A program made the translations under genes and the position numbers. Below are positions 1 through 12,340 of a DNA stretch of 64,000 nt, piece after piece; positions within the stretch are counted from its first letter, which is position 1, and the number at the start of each line of letters is the position of its first letter. The notes under the pieces are model-generated. The model had not been told where the DNA came from, made no database searches, and saw only the letters and a program-made list of their open reading frames with translations. Source of the DNA: Polymyxa betae A26-41 (Eukaryota > Protista > Endomyxa: Phytomyxea); NCBI GenBank assembly GCA_003693705.1, contig RBZT01000286.1, positions 1-64,000 of the forward strand, written 5' to 3'.

Positions 1-599
1 TGTCGGTCCGTGTCGAATCGTGCATTACCGGTATCCGGATCGTTCGAGCTGACTAGCGGCCCAGGCTCTCTGTTCTCTATGGAGCCGCTCGCTGTAGATT
101 CTGTGTTTTCCTCTGTATTCTTTGATAAACATTAATTGTTTTTGACCCATAATTGAAACGGTATGGTTTCAACCAGAGCTAGAACTGCTGCGGGCCGTGG
201 ACGACACGCCAAACAGCAGTATCTAGAACGTTATGGATTCACCAATAATCGCCCTGGGCGTCGTCATAGTGATGCTCCTGTGCTACGTCGTGTTGACCGT
301 CGTCAGAGTGATAGTGGTTAACGCTCCGCTATATATAATACTACCGGGGGCTGCGCACCGCCGGTGGGATAGCGGAGCGTTGGTCGGGTTGGCATACCCT
401 CGGCGAAAAGCAACAGGCCGAGGCGCTGACGCGCCGGGCCTGAGGTGCTGCCGCACGGCCGGCCGCACCCCCTGCGGGGATAGCGCGCTGGGAGTGCCGA
501 CCGGGCACCCACTGGTGGCGTCGGTCGCACTCGCCGCCGCGTGACAGTCCGCGCGACTGCGCGGACTGGCCATCTCCCTATGCGATCTGTCCTTGTTAT

Positions 600-727
600 A
601 TCCAGTGGACAACAAGATAGTCTACTGATCCAGTGGACAACAAGATAGTCTACTGATCCAGTGGACAACAAGATAGTCTACTGATCCACTGGACAACAAG
701 ATAGTCTACTGATCCACTGGACAACAA
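600..727. repeat. 28-bp tandem repeat (about 4.5 copies)
   Basis: Unit TCCA(G/C)TGGACAACAAGATAGTCTACTGA at 601, 629, 657, 685 and a partial copy at 713; no spacers between units. Confidence 0.95.
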
Positions 728-737
728 ATATATTTAT

Positions 738-1642
738 TTGCATAGGGATTCAATATATTTTCTTAAATCTTTGCCTAGCTTGGAAGGAATTAGTCGGCCT
801 TTGTTGCGGGCAATATGGACCTTGACGACAGGGTCTTATGCGCAGGTCTTGGAGGACGGACGCCGCGTTCATCACCATCCCACGACGGATTGGGACCTTC
901 CTGCGTCTGCGGTTCGGAACCCTTTGTACAATAACAGAAGCAATTCCAACGTGAATGCTTGTACGTTGTCTTTTTGCCGCACGGCAACACGTTGGTGACG
1001 ACGTCAAAATGCGCGTCGTCTATCCCAAGCGCAGCCTTGACCGTCCGACCACGCTTGCCTCCATTTAACTCCAAATAACATTGGAGATGTTGCCATCAAG
1101 TTTGCGTCGTTTGATGTTGGGTATGTGAGCTAAAACTCGAAAGCCAAAGACGCGGATATGGGATATATCTGGAACATGTCCGAGGAACAGCTCGTATGGG
1201 CTCCGTCTAGGGCTCCGAGCGGGTCAGGTACTACCGATGAATCGGTGCCCGGATCGGACCCGGGTTCTGGCCCGGAAGTATTCCGCAAGCTGTTGTCGCG
1301 CGCAGCTGTGGTCGTGGCGCAGAACGCGGACCTCTCCGAAGATGAAGTCGTCGAAACAAGCAGACCGCCACCGAAACAAAGACGCTTGAACGCGTCGTTC
1401 GACATCGAGGATCGAAAACAGCTGGCGACAGCGATGTCGGGGTCGATGACATGGTACCAGCACTTCGCAGTGCCTGGTACTCTGTTGTTGACCCTATCAT
1501 GAACTGTCTGCAGCGCCACTGCAATGACAGTGTCGAAGAATTTGTTCGGCTCTGGGGTGAGCGGTTCACCCACTCCAACTTCGGAAGGGAGAAATGCCCG
1601 GGAAAGCAGAGCGACAGGCTGCAGTGCGGTCATTCCAGCTAA
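738..1642 (+). pseudogene. degenerate, frameshifted ORF relic (possibly transposon-derived)
   Basis: ORFs 1158..1502 and 1451..1642 read like one protein split by a frameshift with no evident intron; upstream frames contain stops; adjacent to the tandem repeat. Family not identified. Confidence 0.3.
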
Positions 1643-2272
1643 AGATCGAGTCGGTTATTGATCTCAATACATAAAATTGCTGCTATCTCATTGATCGTAT
1701 GGTACTCTCATGTTAGATTTGCAAATTGCAATGACTGGTCCACGCACTCCGCGCACTTTGAGGATTGAAACCCGCTCTTCCCCATCTACAGTAGCGTTAC
1801 ACCACATTTCAGCAATAATAAATTTTGCCAAGAGTCCAATTCTGAAATGTCTCTCCATCTCCATGACCTTAGGAATAGATCCATTGCTTTCCAGTTATTG
1901 AAGAGGAAAAGCTGTCCTCAGACCTTAAAGCAGTTGCGAATCGTAGCCTCGCTCGCAGACTGTCTGACGCTTTCTGACGCTCTAAGCACTATGGCGCGTA
2001 CTTCAGACCTTATTGCATAGACAAACATCGAATCGCATTCAGCTCTGCTCGAGTGCCGTTCCCGATCGTATATACACTTGATCATATCATTGCGAATCGA
2101 TGTTTCGTAAGGAAAAAAAGGGATTGAAACCCTGTTCGGCACTTCCATGCAAGTGGCTCGAGAACGTTGCCTGTTGCTAATTGGGTTCTGGAAGATTCGA
2201 GAAGCTGTTCCCGACCATGATTTTATCATCGGCGGGACCCGCCATTTCCATCATAATTCAAATTTCCAATTC

Positions 2273-3400
2273 ATGCTCCAATTACTAGCTGCATGCTTTC
2301 TACTCATCTCTGGTAACGTCTGGGCCTGGAGCCCAACGGATCCCGCCCAGACCATCTCGGTCGCGACGGCTTATTTCGACGCCAAAACCGTCGTTCAATA
2401 CTACAAATTGGGAACGAATTCCAACTATAGCATTGAGGATCCAACAGCACCTAATGACAACCCAGTCTGGATTCTGATCAGGGGTTTCCAGCCGAACACG
2501 ACCAAGCCGATTCTGGTAGACAATCTCAACACAGTCATGGATCAATAACGATTATTTCAGGTCGATGGACAAATCCCAATTTTCGGCAACCTTCCGGGTC
2601 AAGCAGGATATTCCGACATTCGACGAATCTCGTGGGTGCAGGTTGATGGTAGTCGCATCCTCGTTTTACAATCGACGAATCATGACATTCTTGCAGATCG
2701 TTACGTCGCCGGGACATGGACGGCGTTAGAGCAGATCGCCGGGAACGTCTCGATTTTCCAGACGCCTCAGATCTTCACCAATATGGCCATGGTCCCGAAT
2801 GGTACGACACTCCAAGGGCCATCTCCATTCCCGGTCCGCCTTGGATACTATCGGAGCCAGAAAATCGCTTTCGTGTCTGCAGGTACGGGCTCCTCTATCA
2901 GCGGTGTAGTTTCAGCTTATCGGATTGTTTCAGGCGTGACGTTGCCCATCGTATCGCCGGCGTTTCTGTTCTTCAAACCGGGATCGACCACGCCCAGCGG
3001 GCGGCCTGTGGTTTCCGTGATTCCGGGTCATGCCAACTACACGGGTTTCTACGACATCCATCACGTCAGCGTTCCCGCCGATTACGTCGACGACTCGATC
3101 AAGACTGCCGCCGACGCTCTCAAGTTGCCACACAAATCGAGCGGACTGATCGCCAACTGGCCAATCGTCGCCATGTCTGACGGCAGTCTAAACGCAACAG
3201 CATCGCCATCGCCCGGCGATCCGTCTCGATCGCCTTTGCCAACTCAATCGTCGGGTGAGGCGACAACGGCCCCATCGGGATCATCGGGATCATCCGGTTC
3301 TACAGGCACAAAGACGTCGGCTGCAATGTCGCCGACTTCCGCTCTTCCCAGCCTTCTCGCGTACATTCTCCTATTCGTTCTCGCATTCGCATCACTTTAA
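2273..3400 (+). CDS. secreted, probably GPI-anchored surface protein with a duplicated GQxPI..PG..GY domain (2 exons)
   Basis: Signal peptide MLQLLAACFLLISGNVWA; intron 2516..2560 (GTAGAC...TTTCAG) joins TKPIL to VDGQIPIFGNLPGQAGYSD; Ser/Pro/Thr/Gly stalk; hydrophobic C-terminus LLAYILLFVLAFASL. Confidence 0.85.
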
Positions 3401-3623
3401 ATGGCGTTGATCGATATTGGTTAGCAATAAAGATCACCAACGTCCGATTCGTTGATTTCTTTTCGATTCATACTGCCTGCAGCCTTTGGCAAACAATAAC
3501 GGTACCATAGCAAACAGCAATGATCAAAACCATTATCGAGGCATTGGTTACTCTCCGCAAAAATAGGCAACATTAGTCTCAGGTGCAGATAATTGATTTC
3601 GCATTGATCATAGAAGGGACAGG

Positions 3624-3642
3624 CTAACCCTAACCCTAACCC
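3624..3642. repeat. interstitial telomere-like repeat (CTAACC)x3
   Basis: ctaaccctaaccctaaccc, the complement of TTAGGG repeats. Confidence 0.7.
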
Positions 3643-3758
3643 CATCTAAGATTAGGATAGGCCGGCGAACTGGAAGGATCGTGTATGGACGAGAAGGAGT
3701 CTAGAAAAAGCCACATCTTTACGGTCTGTCTTTGGACGTGAAGCATCTTAGCATTGTC

Positions 3759-4106
3759 TTAATCACATCTCAAGTAAACTTCATCTCCTGGGGATGCCAT
3801 AAATTCGAAACATTTCGACCAATTTTCCATGACCGACGCCATTTCTAAGCAGAAAAAAATATCAGTTTGATCAAAGCCGCAGTTGATAACAATATCAATT
3901 CAATTGCATGAAATACAAGATCAAGAGATAACGAGATGATTCAACATACGTCGGGTCTCAGCGGCCAGAGATTCCATTGATTGCTGAGCAGTCTTTAACT
4001 GGTCATGAAGAGACTCTACAGTATCAGCCAGCGACTCGATCAAAGACCGCTCACGACGCCTAACAGATAGCACAGAAGTTTGTCCCGATCTAAATGTCGA
4101 TGGCAT
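3759..4106 (-). CDS. DAD2: DASH/Dam1 complex subunit Dad2-like protein (2 exons)
   Basis: Exon 4106..3950, intron GTATGT...CTTAG (3949..3845), exon 3844..3759. Product RRRERSLIESLADTVESLHDQLKTAQQSMESLAAETRQMASVMENWSKCF resembles the Dad2 pattern LADGTEAVASVLANWQNVF. Confidence 0.65.
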
Positions 4107-4323
4107 CGGGCCGTTGGACAATTCGAAATGGCGCCCTCCGGTGGGCGTAGCTCGCTCCGTGACCGACCACAATCGAACCCTTTCTAGACAATTCGTTTCG
4201 AACAATTTTCGTGAAAATCCTCAGGTGCTATGCTAATTTTTTTTATAAAACATTTTTATAGGAATGTTGATGCAAATCTTAGATAGCAGTTGTCAACACA
4301 CAATGTGGCATTTTGGGATTATA

Positions 4324-5853
4324 TCACGGCTCCTCTGGAACGGACGATTCCAAATACTGTCTCGAAACCAATTGCCTTTTCCGATGGTCATTGTTAAAGT
4401 TCTGCAGAGAAATATACATTGAAGAGAAATTCGAAATGGTAACCATTGAGAAAGCGGTCATCTCGCAGGATTTTAGTCGTGTCGTCGTCTTCGAACACAA
4501 CAACGGATCAATATCCTCATTATTGCCATTCATAGCAGCGTCGGGATGACCCTATCAACCATGAGGTTGTGATTCAATCTGAATTGCCAGTTTGCAGTTA
4601 CGGGCGTTAGCAGTCCCACACCGAAGACGACCGCGATCAGTCCGATAATAAAGCTCAATGCTTCTGTAATTGTAACGTCTACGATTTCGTCAAAGAATAT
4701 GATTCCAGTAACAACCGATGCTAATAGCCACTAAGCATGTATCACTTTAGAGACCCAGGACACAAATATATCCAAAGATTCACGACGGACCGTTGTCTGA
4801 AAGATAGGTAGAACGTAAGATGAATCGAATCTACTGAGGCCGGAATTCAGCCAATGTAATTGGCCTAATATTGTTGAGCCCAGCGAAATGGCAATCAAAT
4901 ACGTTTGCCACATCTCGAAAATCGGAACCCCCAAAGTCGCCCAATTCATGATTAGCTCTGACGCCACCGTCAAATAGTTAATCTTGCCAAATTCACTGAT
5001 TAACCTGCTGTGCACTTTGCGAACAGAATATTTTGGCTGCCAATCAGGCCGGCAACAGATGGATACAAAAACATGTGATATCTAAAAGCACCCATTCAGA
5101 ATTTTCGTTCGAAACAAAGTGGTCACTAAACCTGACTATATCCGCATAAGCTTTTCTTCTGGTTCTATAATCGGATTCTGTTTCAATAATTAAAAATCTT
5201 TTTCGGGTCGGTTTGGAGTTCAGATACCTGAGGGATTCGTTTCGGCGCTGATTCGCATCGTCTCGAAAAGATGAATGAAAAGCATCATCCTGAAATCGTC
5301 ATTCAACGAAATCGCATTAACCCATAACAAGGCGTTCACATGAGAATCAAAGCCAGCATGGCGACGCCATAAGCAACGAATGCGGGCCTGGTGAATAACG
5401 CCATCAGCTTTGGCACATTATGGAGCACATCCCTATGAGATGCGTTCATGACGGCCAGAGCCGACCCGGCCACGATCACGCCGATTGCAATACAATCACG
5501 GCGCCTGCACGGCTCACGAAGCAAGACGGGCGCGAAGACAATATTAAAGACCAGAGTCAAGGAGCCAAGAGGTGCAATCAGCGATTGTGATGCGAATCCC
5601 AGCGCCACGAAATCCAGAACGCTGCCGGTAGCCAGAAGCGCTAAACCCCAGATCCATAACGACTCCCGATAGACCCCTTTAGTTGACCCAGGAGTCGACG
5701 AACATTTATGGGCGAGTTTCTGCAGATTAACGCCTGGGAGACGAGCTGTTAGCGATTCAGAAATGATGGCTATGGACGCCGACCTAGATTGGATAGAGCT
5801 GAGGCTGTGGTCGCTAGCCCGACACCAATCAGCCAGCCATTTGGCCCATGCAT
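4324..5853 (-). CDS. NIPA: NIPA-family magnesium transporter (multi-exon)
   Basis: GVGLATTASALSNLGVNLQKLAH; ALGFASQSLIAPLGSLTLVFN; QLHWLNSGLSRFDSSYVLPIFQ. Confidence 0.9.
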
Positions 5854-6301
5854 CGCTGGACGTCCTGCAAACAACTCATCAGCCGTTCCGGTCGCTACTA
5901 GTCACACGTCAATGAAAACCTAAACCCTAGTCGCAGCGGCCGATTGAAACTATCCAGACGCTGGGTTGGCTGGCGAACTCATCAAAGTGAATAATTGCTG
6001 ATGGGCCCAGACCAGGTTGCCGCTACTTGGCAAGAGCTGCAGGCCAAAATTCCCTGATTTGTTCTAGAACATGGGCCAGGAGACGACAACCTGCATGCGG
6101 ATGTATTAATGAAGGATATAGCCGATGCCAGGACGAACACGACAGGTCCCTAACAGATACAAAACACAATCCGTTATGACATAAATGTAATGTTCGTATC
6201 TTCATCGACTGCAGCCCTTTGTGGCACTGCCTTAACCACTTCCACTGTATTGGTAACTCCTAGTTCCCCTCATTGATCAATTCCATGGCTTGACGCCGTT
6301 C

Positions 6302-9300
6302 ATGTCGTCGTCGTCGGAGCCGTCCTGGACCTGGATCTCCCATCCTGAGCTTCTTTGGGTCCCGGGGAGTAATGTCAACGGTGACACGTACCAAATCCAG
6401 GATGGGAAGTCGTCGCTGTATCAGGCATCCGAAGTTTCAGGCGCTGTGGAATGCATCGATGATAATAACAATGACGATCTCGCCCTTGTTCTCAGTACAT
6501 TTTCTGATCGTGATGTCTTGCACCATATTCGAAGTCGCTATGAACGTAACTGTGTCCATACTTGGCTTGGTCCGGTGCTAATCTCTGTGAACCCGCGCCG
6601 TCCAATGCCAATCTATACTTCTGGGTTTATAGACAACATTAGACGACATCAGGATAAACGTAATGATCCACATCCATTTGCAGTGGCTGCCAGAGCCTTA
6701 GACAATCTTCTTCAGCAAAAAAGGTCGCAGTGGATCTTTGCTGTTGGATTGCGTAAGTAATAGCAAGATTTCTGAGTTTCTATCTTCAAATTATAGCCTT
6801 CTGTTTTTTAAGTCACTTTTCTGTGGTTTGCTTGGGTGACAATTGACAAAAATTTCAGCCACATCTGGGCGGCAGCATTTCAATCGAGTCGTTACTCAGT
6901 ATTTAGCCCAATATAATGGGTCGCCAAATAGCGACCCCGCTTGCGAGCGAATCGGAGTGAAGACTTTGAAGGCGATAGAGATTTTACGGTCGTTCACAGA
7001 AATCTCAATCGATAACTACAGAGCATCTCACATCTCCATGTACTTGTGGTTCGATGATGCTGGGAAGTTGATGCAAACGGTAAATGGTTTGCAAATCGAT
7101 TACCACGCCACGCTTCTTACAAAGTGCATTTTCCCTAGACTTTTGATTTTTGTTGGATGGTGTTTAAAAGGGCATCAGTTTCCGTAAACCGATCGTTTGA
7201 CATACTTAGCTTTTTGGAGAATGGATCGGATGCTGTCTTACGAAAAGAATTGGGGCTGCCTTGCGATTCCCTATCAGCCTCGGCTGTGTCCGGGTTTGAA
7301 ACCGTCCTGCTGTATTTTTCCGATCTGGGAATTAGTACGAAAGAAAGCTCTGCACTTCTGCAACTCCTGGCCACAATTCTCAAGCTGCGCTCATGGCCTT
7401 TTCAATTGAAAGCCGATGATTCCATCCAATCGATTCTTAGTGTAATCGATTTGGATGCCATAAAGACCTTAACAGTTGATGGCATCACAATATCTGAAAA
7501 GCGATTTAATGATTTGGTCGAGAATCTCTACGCCATCGCTTTTAACTGGGTGCTGCTTAAATTAAACCAATGTATGGAATCGATGTCGGTAGTGGCATCG
7601 AACTGCAATTATATTGCAATTCCGGACGTGCTGGGGTTCCAGTCTGACGATCTGCTGATCCAAGTGTTTTCTGCATTTAGTAAGGTCCATGTGCAGCAAT
7701 TGTTTCACCAACATATCATTCGCAGCAATCTTGAGAAGATGCAGAAAAACGAAATCACGATCAATAGCCAGGCTTTTACAGATGACGATTCGATATCGGC
7801 TGAGAAAGCGATGCTTGGGCTCATGAGATTAGCTGAAGGAGAGGAGTTTGCTTGTGAAACTGTGACCCAGGAATCTCTCTTTCAGACATTTTCTGAAGAT
7901 CTTGATGACATCCGAAAGTGGAACCAAATTCCAGAATTAGTCTTTGATTTCAAATCATCTGAGTTTCTGCAATCGGTATTTCATTTACCCTGTGAACAAA
8001 TCTACTCCAATGACAAGAAGGGACTTCGATTCTATACACAGCTCGTGAAAACAGCTAATGATGCCAGAGCCAAGAAAATGCTACAGTGTGATCTACATTT
8101 CGTATCGTGCATTAGCCCGAATCTCGAGCCCGAACGGTCTGAACTATCCAGTAGATACGTCGCGGAACAGCTCTCACAGTTCGTTTTCCCTGCTGCAAAA
8201 TTTCTCACCTCAACATTCGTCAAGCATTTTGATCTTCAGGTCTTTCTGAAAGAATTCAAGCCCATCTTGCCCAGAACGAGCTATTCTCTGACAAGTTTTC
8301 TTTCTAACCTGCAGCTTGCGTTCCATATTTCTCTGGATCAGATTGTCATAGGCAGGAATCATGAAGTTGTGTTCTTTAAACCTAAAGGGTTGCGGGTGCT
8401 TTATGCTCTACGAGACAAGCGTCGAGACATATCAGCGCGAATAATTCAGAAACGGTTCCGGCAGATTGTTAGCAAGCCTCGGAAGAGGAGGATATTGACA
8501 TCAAAAGGGTTCATATCATCACCGAAATCGATTCGAAATGCAAGCTTTCAGAATCTGAATCAGCTGCTGACTGTACATGAGGTGAAACAACCTGAAACCA
8601 ACGACAGGCCTTTATTGGTAATGTTCAAGCTCCTTGTTAACATTTCCCGGCGATTAACTAATTGGTACAGAATGCCAGTACTACGAATGATGAACGTGGA
8701 TTGGGTCTTCACGTCTGCAAAGTGTATCACTATGCTGCCAATATGAATATTGCTTAATCGTGATTTCCAGGATTTGGAATCTCTTCTGTCATACTGCAAC
8801 GATACGAAAAGCGATCCGGCGAAACTCTGCTCTTCTCAGTTATTGCTGGCAATTCGTACATGCGCTCCAAGCAAGGCGAAATTATGGTTACAACGTTGCC
8901 GTGATATTGGCCATGGTTCGTCAATTGAATGTTCGCCAATTTCTTACTTAACATCGTTTACATAATAAGACATTGGCGAAGTCAGATTAGAACATGCAGA
9001 GAGATTCATTACGAGTGCCGCTTTCAGGCTCGTCGACAACATCTGCAGCGATGGCGGGAAAATTCAGTTTCGAAGTTCACCTTCAGTTCACTGCAATCGG
9101 AAAATTCATGATCGATTTTGTACCGATTTTACCCCTGTAGTTGAAATGGTTAAGGGTAATACGAAGACTACCTACAACTTCCATTTTTTGACTGTTTCAG
9201 GAATCAACCAGTTCAAGAAATTTTCGCTGCTTCGAAAGCAGAGGTCCGATATTCGTTATTTGCCATTTGTTTTGTTTTTGCCATCATTCGGTTTTAAATC

Positions 9301-10751
9301 ATTTCAGGAATTGGGCTCGCCCAAAGGGTCTGATATCGCTAGCGAAAGCCCCTTCTATGTTGGAGTATCAGGATGTTTCGCTCCATAAAACCCTGATCAA
9401 AGTTGCGTCTTGGAGATTGAACGGAACTGGCAAGGAATCACGACTAAAGCGCGATGCTCTCGAAATTTTTAACGGTAGCTTTAGCGAGAAGCAGCGCTGA
9501 TTTGTATTTATCTTCTTAAAAGATTTGCTTGGATTTATCAAAGCCAGACCGCAAGTATGCCCTGAAGCATTAGCAAACGAAATCTGTAAGAAAGGAAGGA
9601 ATCAAGTGTAAAACTATATATACTGCTTGTCAAATTCACTTCTAAACTTGCCATAGGCTACTGAGGGATGAGATTTACTGCCAGATTTTGAAACAGTCGA
9701 ACCGACCGCCGAATCGGTAACCAGTTTGTATTAAAATTTGTAGAATCAAACAGACTATAGACAAATTGAAACGCAAGTTTGGAAAATGCTTCTGATCTGC
9801 TTATTGAGTTTCCAGCCAATGACTGAAGATTTGGGAAGGGCTGTTTTCTCTCATATCTGCTCTCGTCTATCATCTCCTGTAAGTCAATGCCGATTATTTG
9901 GTTTTGGTCTAAACTCCTCTCAGGTGATCATCGAAAGATATCATGTTCTCGACAATGTTGAAGATATCGCCGCTAACTGTTTCAAAGCATTTCTGGCCAT
10001 GCATAAAAGGCAAGGTATAAGAATACGAAAGATCAGTCAATATTCATGTCTGTGTTTAGCTCTGTCAAACTGCCCCCAGTTAGCATTCAAACAATTCAGC
10101 AGATCAACCATAGTGTCAAATACTCATTTCGTGTGTATATCTTCTGTGTTGATAGGCATTTGGAACTGGAACGGAATGCAGTGCTCTGCCCGAAACTTTC
10201 AAATGATTGCAAAGACAGGTTCGGTCTCAATGGACTTAGGCGTTCGACATATGTTGATATTCAGGTATGAAAATGAATCAGCGTGGCAATCGTCCCTGAT
10301 GTACCCTACAATAGATGCCAGGTTTCGAAAACAACATCTCAGCCAATGAGTTGATTAATTGGATAATAGCCAAATCTGATTTGGTGAAGCGCATCGGAAC
10401 AGCTAGCGATCAGCTAATAATTGCGATCCAAGATCGTCCTGACAATCCAATACAAAGTGAGCTGTTTTAGATGAGATGGCCTTCTGATCTAAAACTTTCA
10501 TCTTATAGGGTCTGGAATCGATCAATCGATGAACGTTTCAGAGATGTTGGCAACAGTCTCATATCGATGCTCGAAACAGGTAATTTTCTGCTCAGTCTTT
10601 CAATGTGAATCCGATCGATATTCTGTAGGGCTTAAGCTACTGGATGGAGCTGTATCCTGGCCCTCCCGTTGAAGATCCGAACTGGGATGTCTCGGTCAGC
10701 AGAAGCAGCTTCGTCGAGGATTCGAAACTCGACTTCAGTGAAGTCGATTAG
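6302..10751 (+). CDS. highly divergent myosin heavy chain with IQ and MyTH4-like tail (multi-exon)
   Basis: DDLALV..VLHHIRSRYE..HTWLGPVLISVNP..PHPFAVAARA; HFVSCISPN; IQ-like SARIIQKRFR; MyTH4-like LRDEIYCQILKQ near 9660. Confidence 0.8.
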
Positions 10752-10915
10752 CAAATAAATTTACAAAAATTTCCCATCCGATGCTTTGCTGCTATGTGTT
10801 CTATCAATCTCCATGATTATGCTGCATTTGCGATAGTTGTGAATGACTTAAAATTAACCGCGATGAGGCCACCTTAAGCTTCATACTATTACAGGTCTTT
10901 TGCATTTTTTCGCCC

Positions 10916-12327
10916 ATGGATCCGTTAAGCGATGCCGACCGAGAGGCATTAGACGCCTTGCTCGATATGATCAGAATCGACACGATCTCGGCTCAAGGTC
11001 CCGTGAATGGGTCATACGCTACCATAGCCAATCTGCTGCAAAACCAATGCCAACGAGCAGGTCTCAGCACAGAAATCCTGGAGCTGGCTCGTGGCAAACC
11101 GATAGTCGTGGCGACCTGGGTCGGATGCGAGCCCGATCTGAGCTCTCTGCTGCTAACAGGCCATTACGATGTCGTCCCTGTTGTACCAGAAAAATGGAAT
11201 TGCGATCCATTTGGTGGAATAGTTCGAGATGGCCTCATTTTTGGTCGCGGGACTCAGGATATGAAATCGTGTTTAGCCGCTTATATCCAATGTAATTGAC
11301 GACTTCATTCGACGGCTGTATTCTGTACAAGATTTAGAGGCTAATTTCAGCATAGGTGTTCGCCAGTTGAAGCATTCTGGATTTAAGCCCAGAAGAACTG
11401 TACATTTATTATTCGTGCCTGATGAAGAAATCGGTGGTAAAGATGGCATGGAAGCATTCGTCAAGACCGAACGGTTTCGCCAGCTGAATATCGGATTCGC
11501 GATTGATGAAGGCTTGTGTTCTCCAAACGAAACGGTACCGGTGTATTTTGGTGAAAGGGCAATCTGGTGGATCCGTTTGATTGCTTCAGGTGAAGCGGGC
11601 CATGCTAGTACATTTCTCAAAGAAAGTGCTGTGCAGAAGCTTCATTTGTGCCTGGACCAAATATACGGTTATCGTCAAAAGCAAATCGAAAAACACCCAG
11701 AATGTGATCTCGGTGGTACTTACTTTTTTTTGTTGAAATTGATATGTGACCTTCTGAACAGACATTGTTGCTATCAATGTGACTTCCATAACAAGCGGTA
11801 GCGAATCTGCATTGAATGTAATTCCAGAGAAAGCTATAGCGGGTGTAGATATTCGTATTCCAGCAACAGTGGATTTGGCCCAGTTTGAAGAGCTGTTGCG
11901 GGAGTGGACTCAACAGAATGGGATTCAGATTGAAAAGTTGGTATCATGTGATTCGAATCCGGTCACAGATTTGCAGAACAATCTTTGGTGGAATGGTTTA
12001 CAGGAATCATGCGCTCGAATGAATATTCGCATAGAACCGAAGATTTTCCCTGCTGCAACTGATAGCCGCTTCTTACGGAATCTTGGCATCCCGTAAAGCT
12101 ATATCACCGCTTGTTTGTAGAATTGTAATTTTGTATCAGGTGTCTGGGATTTTCACCGTTCCCAAATACCGAAGTCAGGTTAGTGTATTGTTGTTCGTGA
12201 ACTCTGATTTCAAAATTCAAATGAGTTCTCTAGATTTCACGACCACGACGAATACATATCCATAAAGGCGTTTCTTGCTGCCATCCCAATTTACTCCACA
12301 ATAGTGAAATCGTTATCCTGTTTATAA
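10916..12327 (+). CDS. ACY1: aminoacylase-1 (M20A metallopeptidase; multi-exon)
   Basis: GHYDVVPV, GRGTQDMKS, FVPDEEIGG, IFPAATDSRFLR, HDHDEY. Confidence 0.93.
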
Positions 12328-12340
12328 ATATTGTATGCCA

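Noticed and set aside
1-230. LTR of a retrotransposon (starts TG; small hairpin at 153-172)
   Set aside because: No second LTR, clear primer-binding site, polypurine tract or gag/pol in the window; the window start is arbitrary.
600-727. CRISPR array
   Set aside because: Units are directly adjacent with no unique spacers; no cas genes; eukaryotic context.
4205-4218. SCB-like CACGAAAA element upstream of the Dad2-like gene
   Set aside because: Single short AT-rich match, and the factor that binds it is fungal-type; insufficient evidence.
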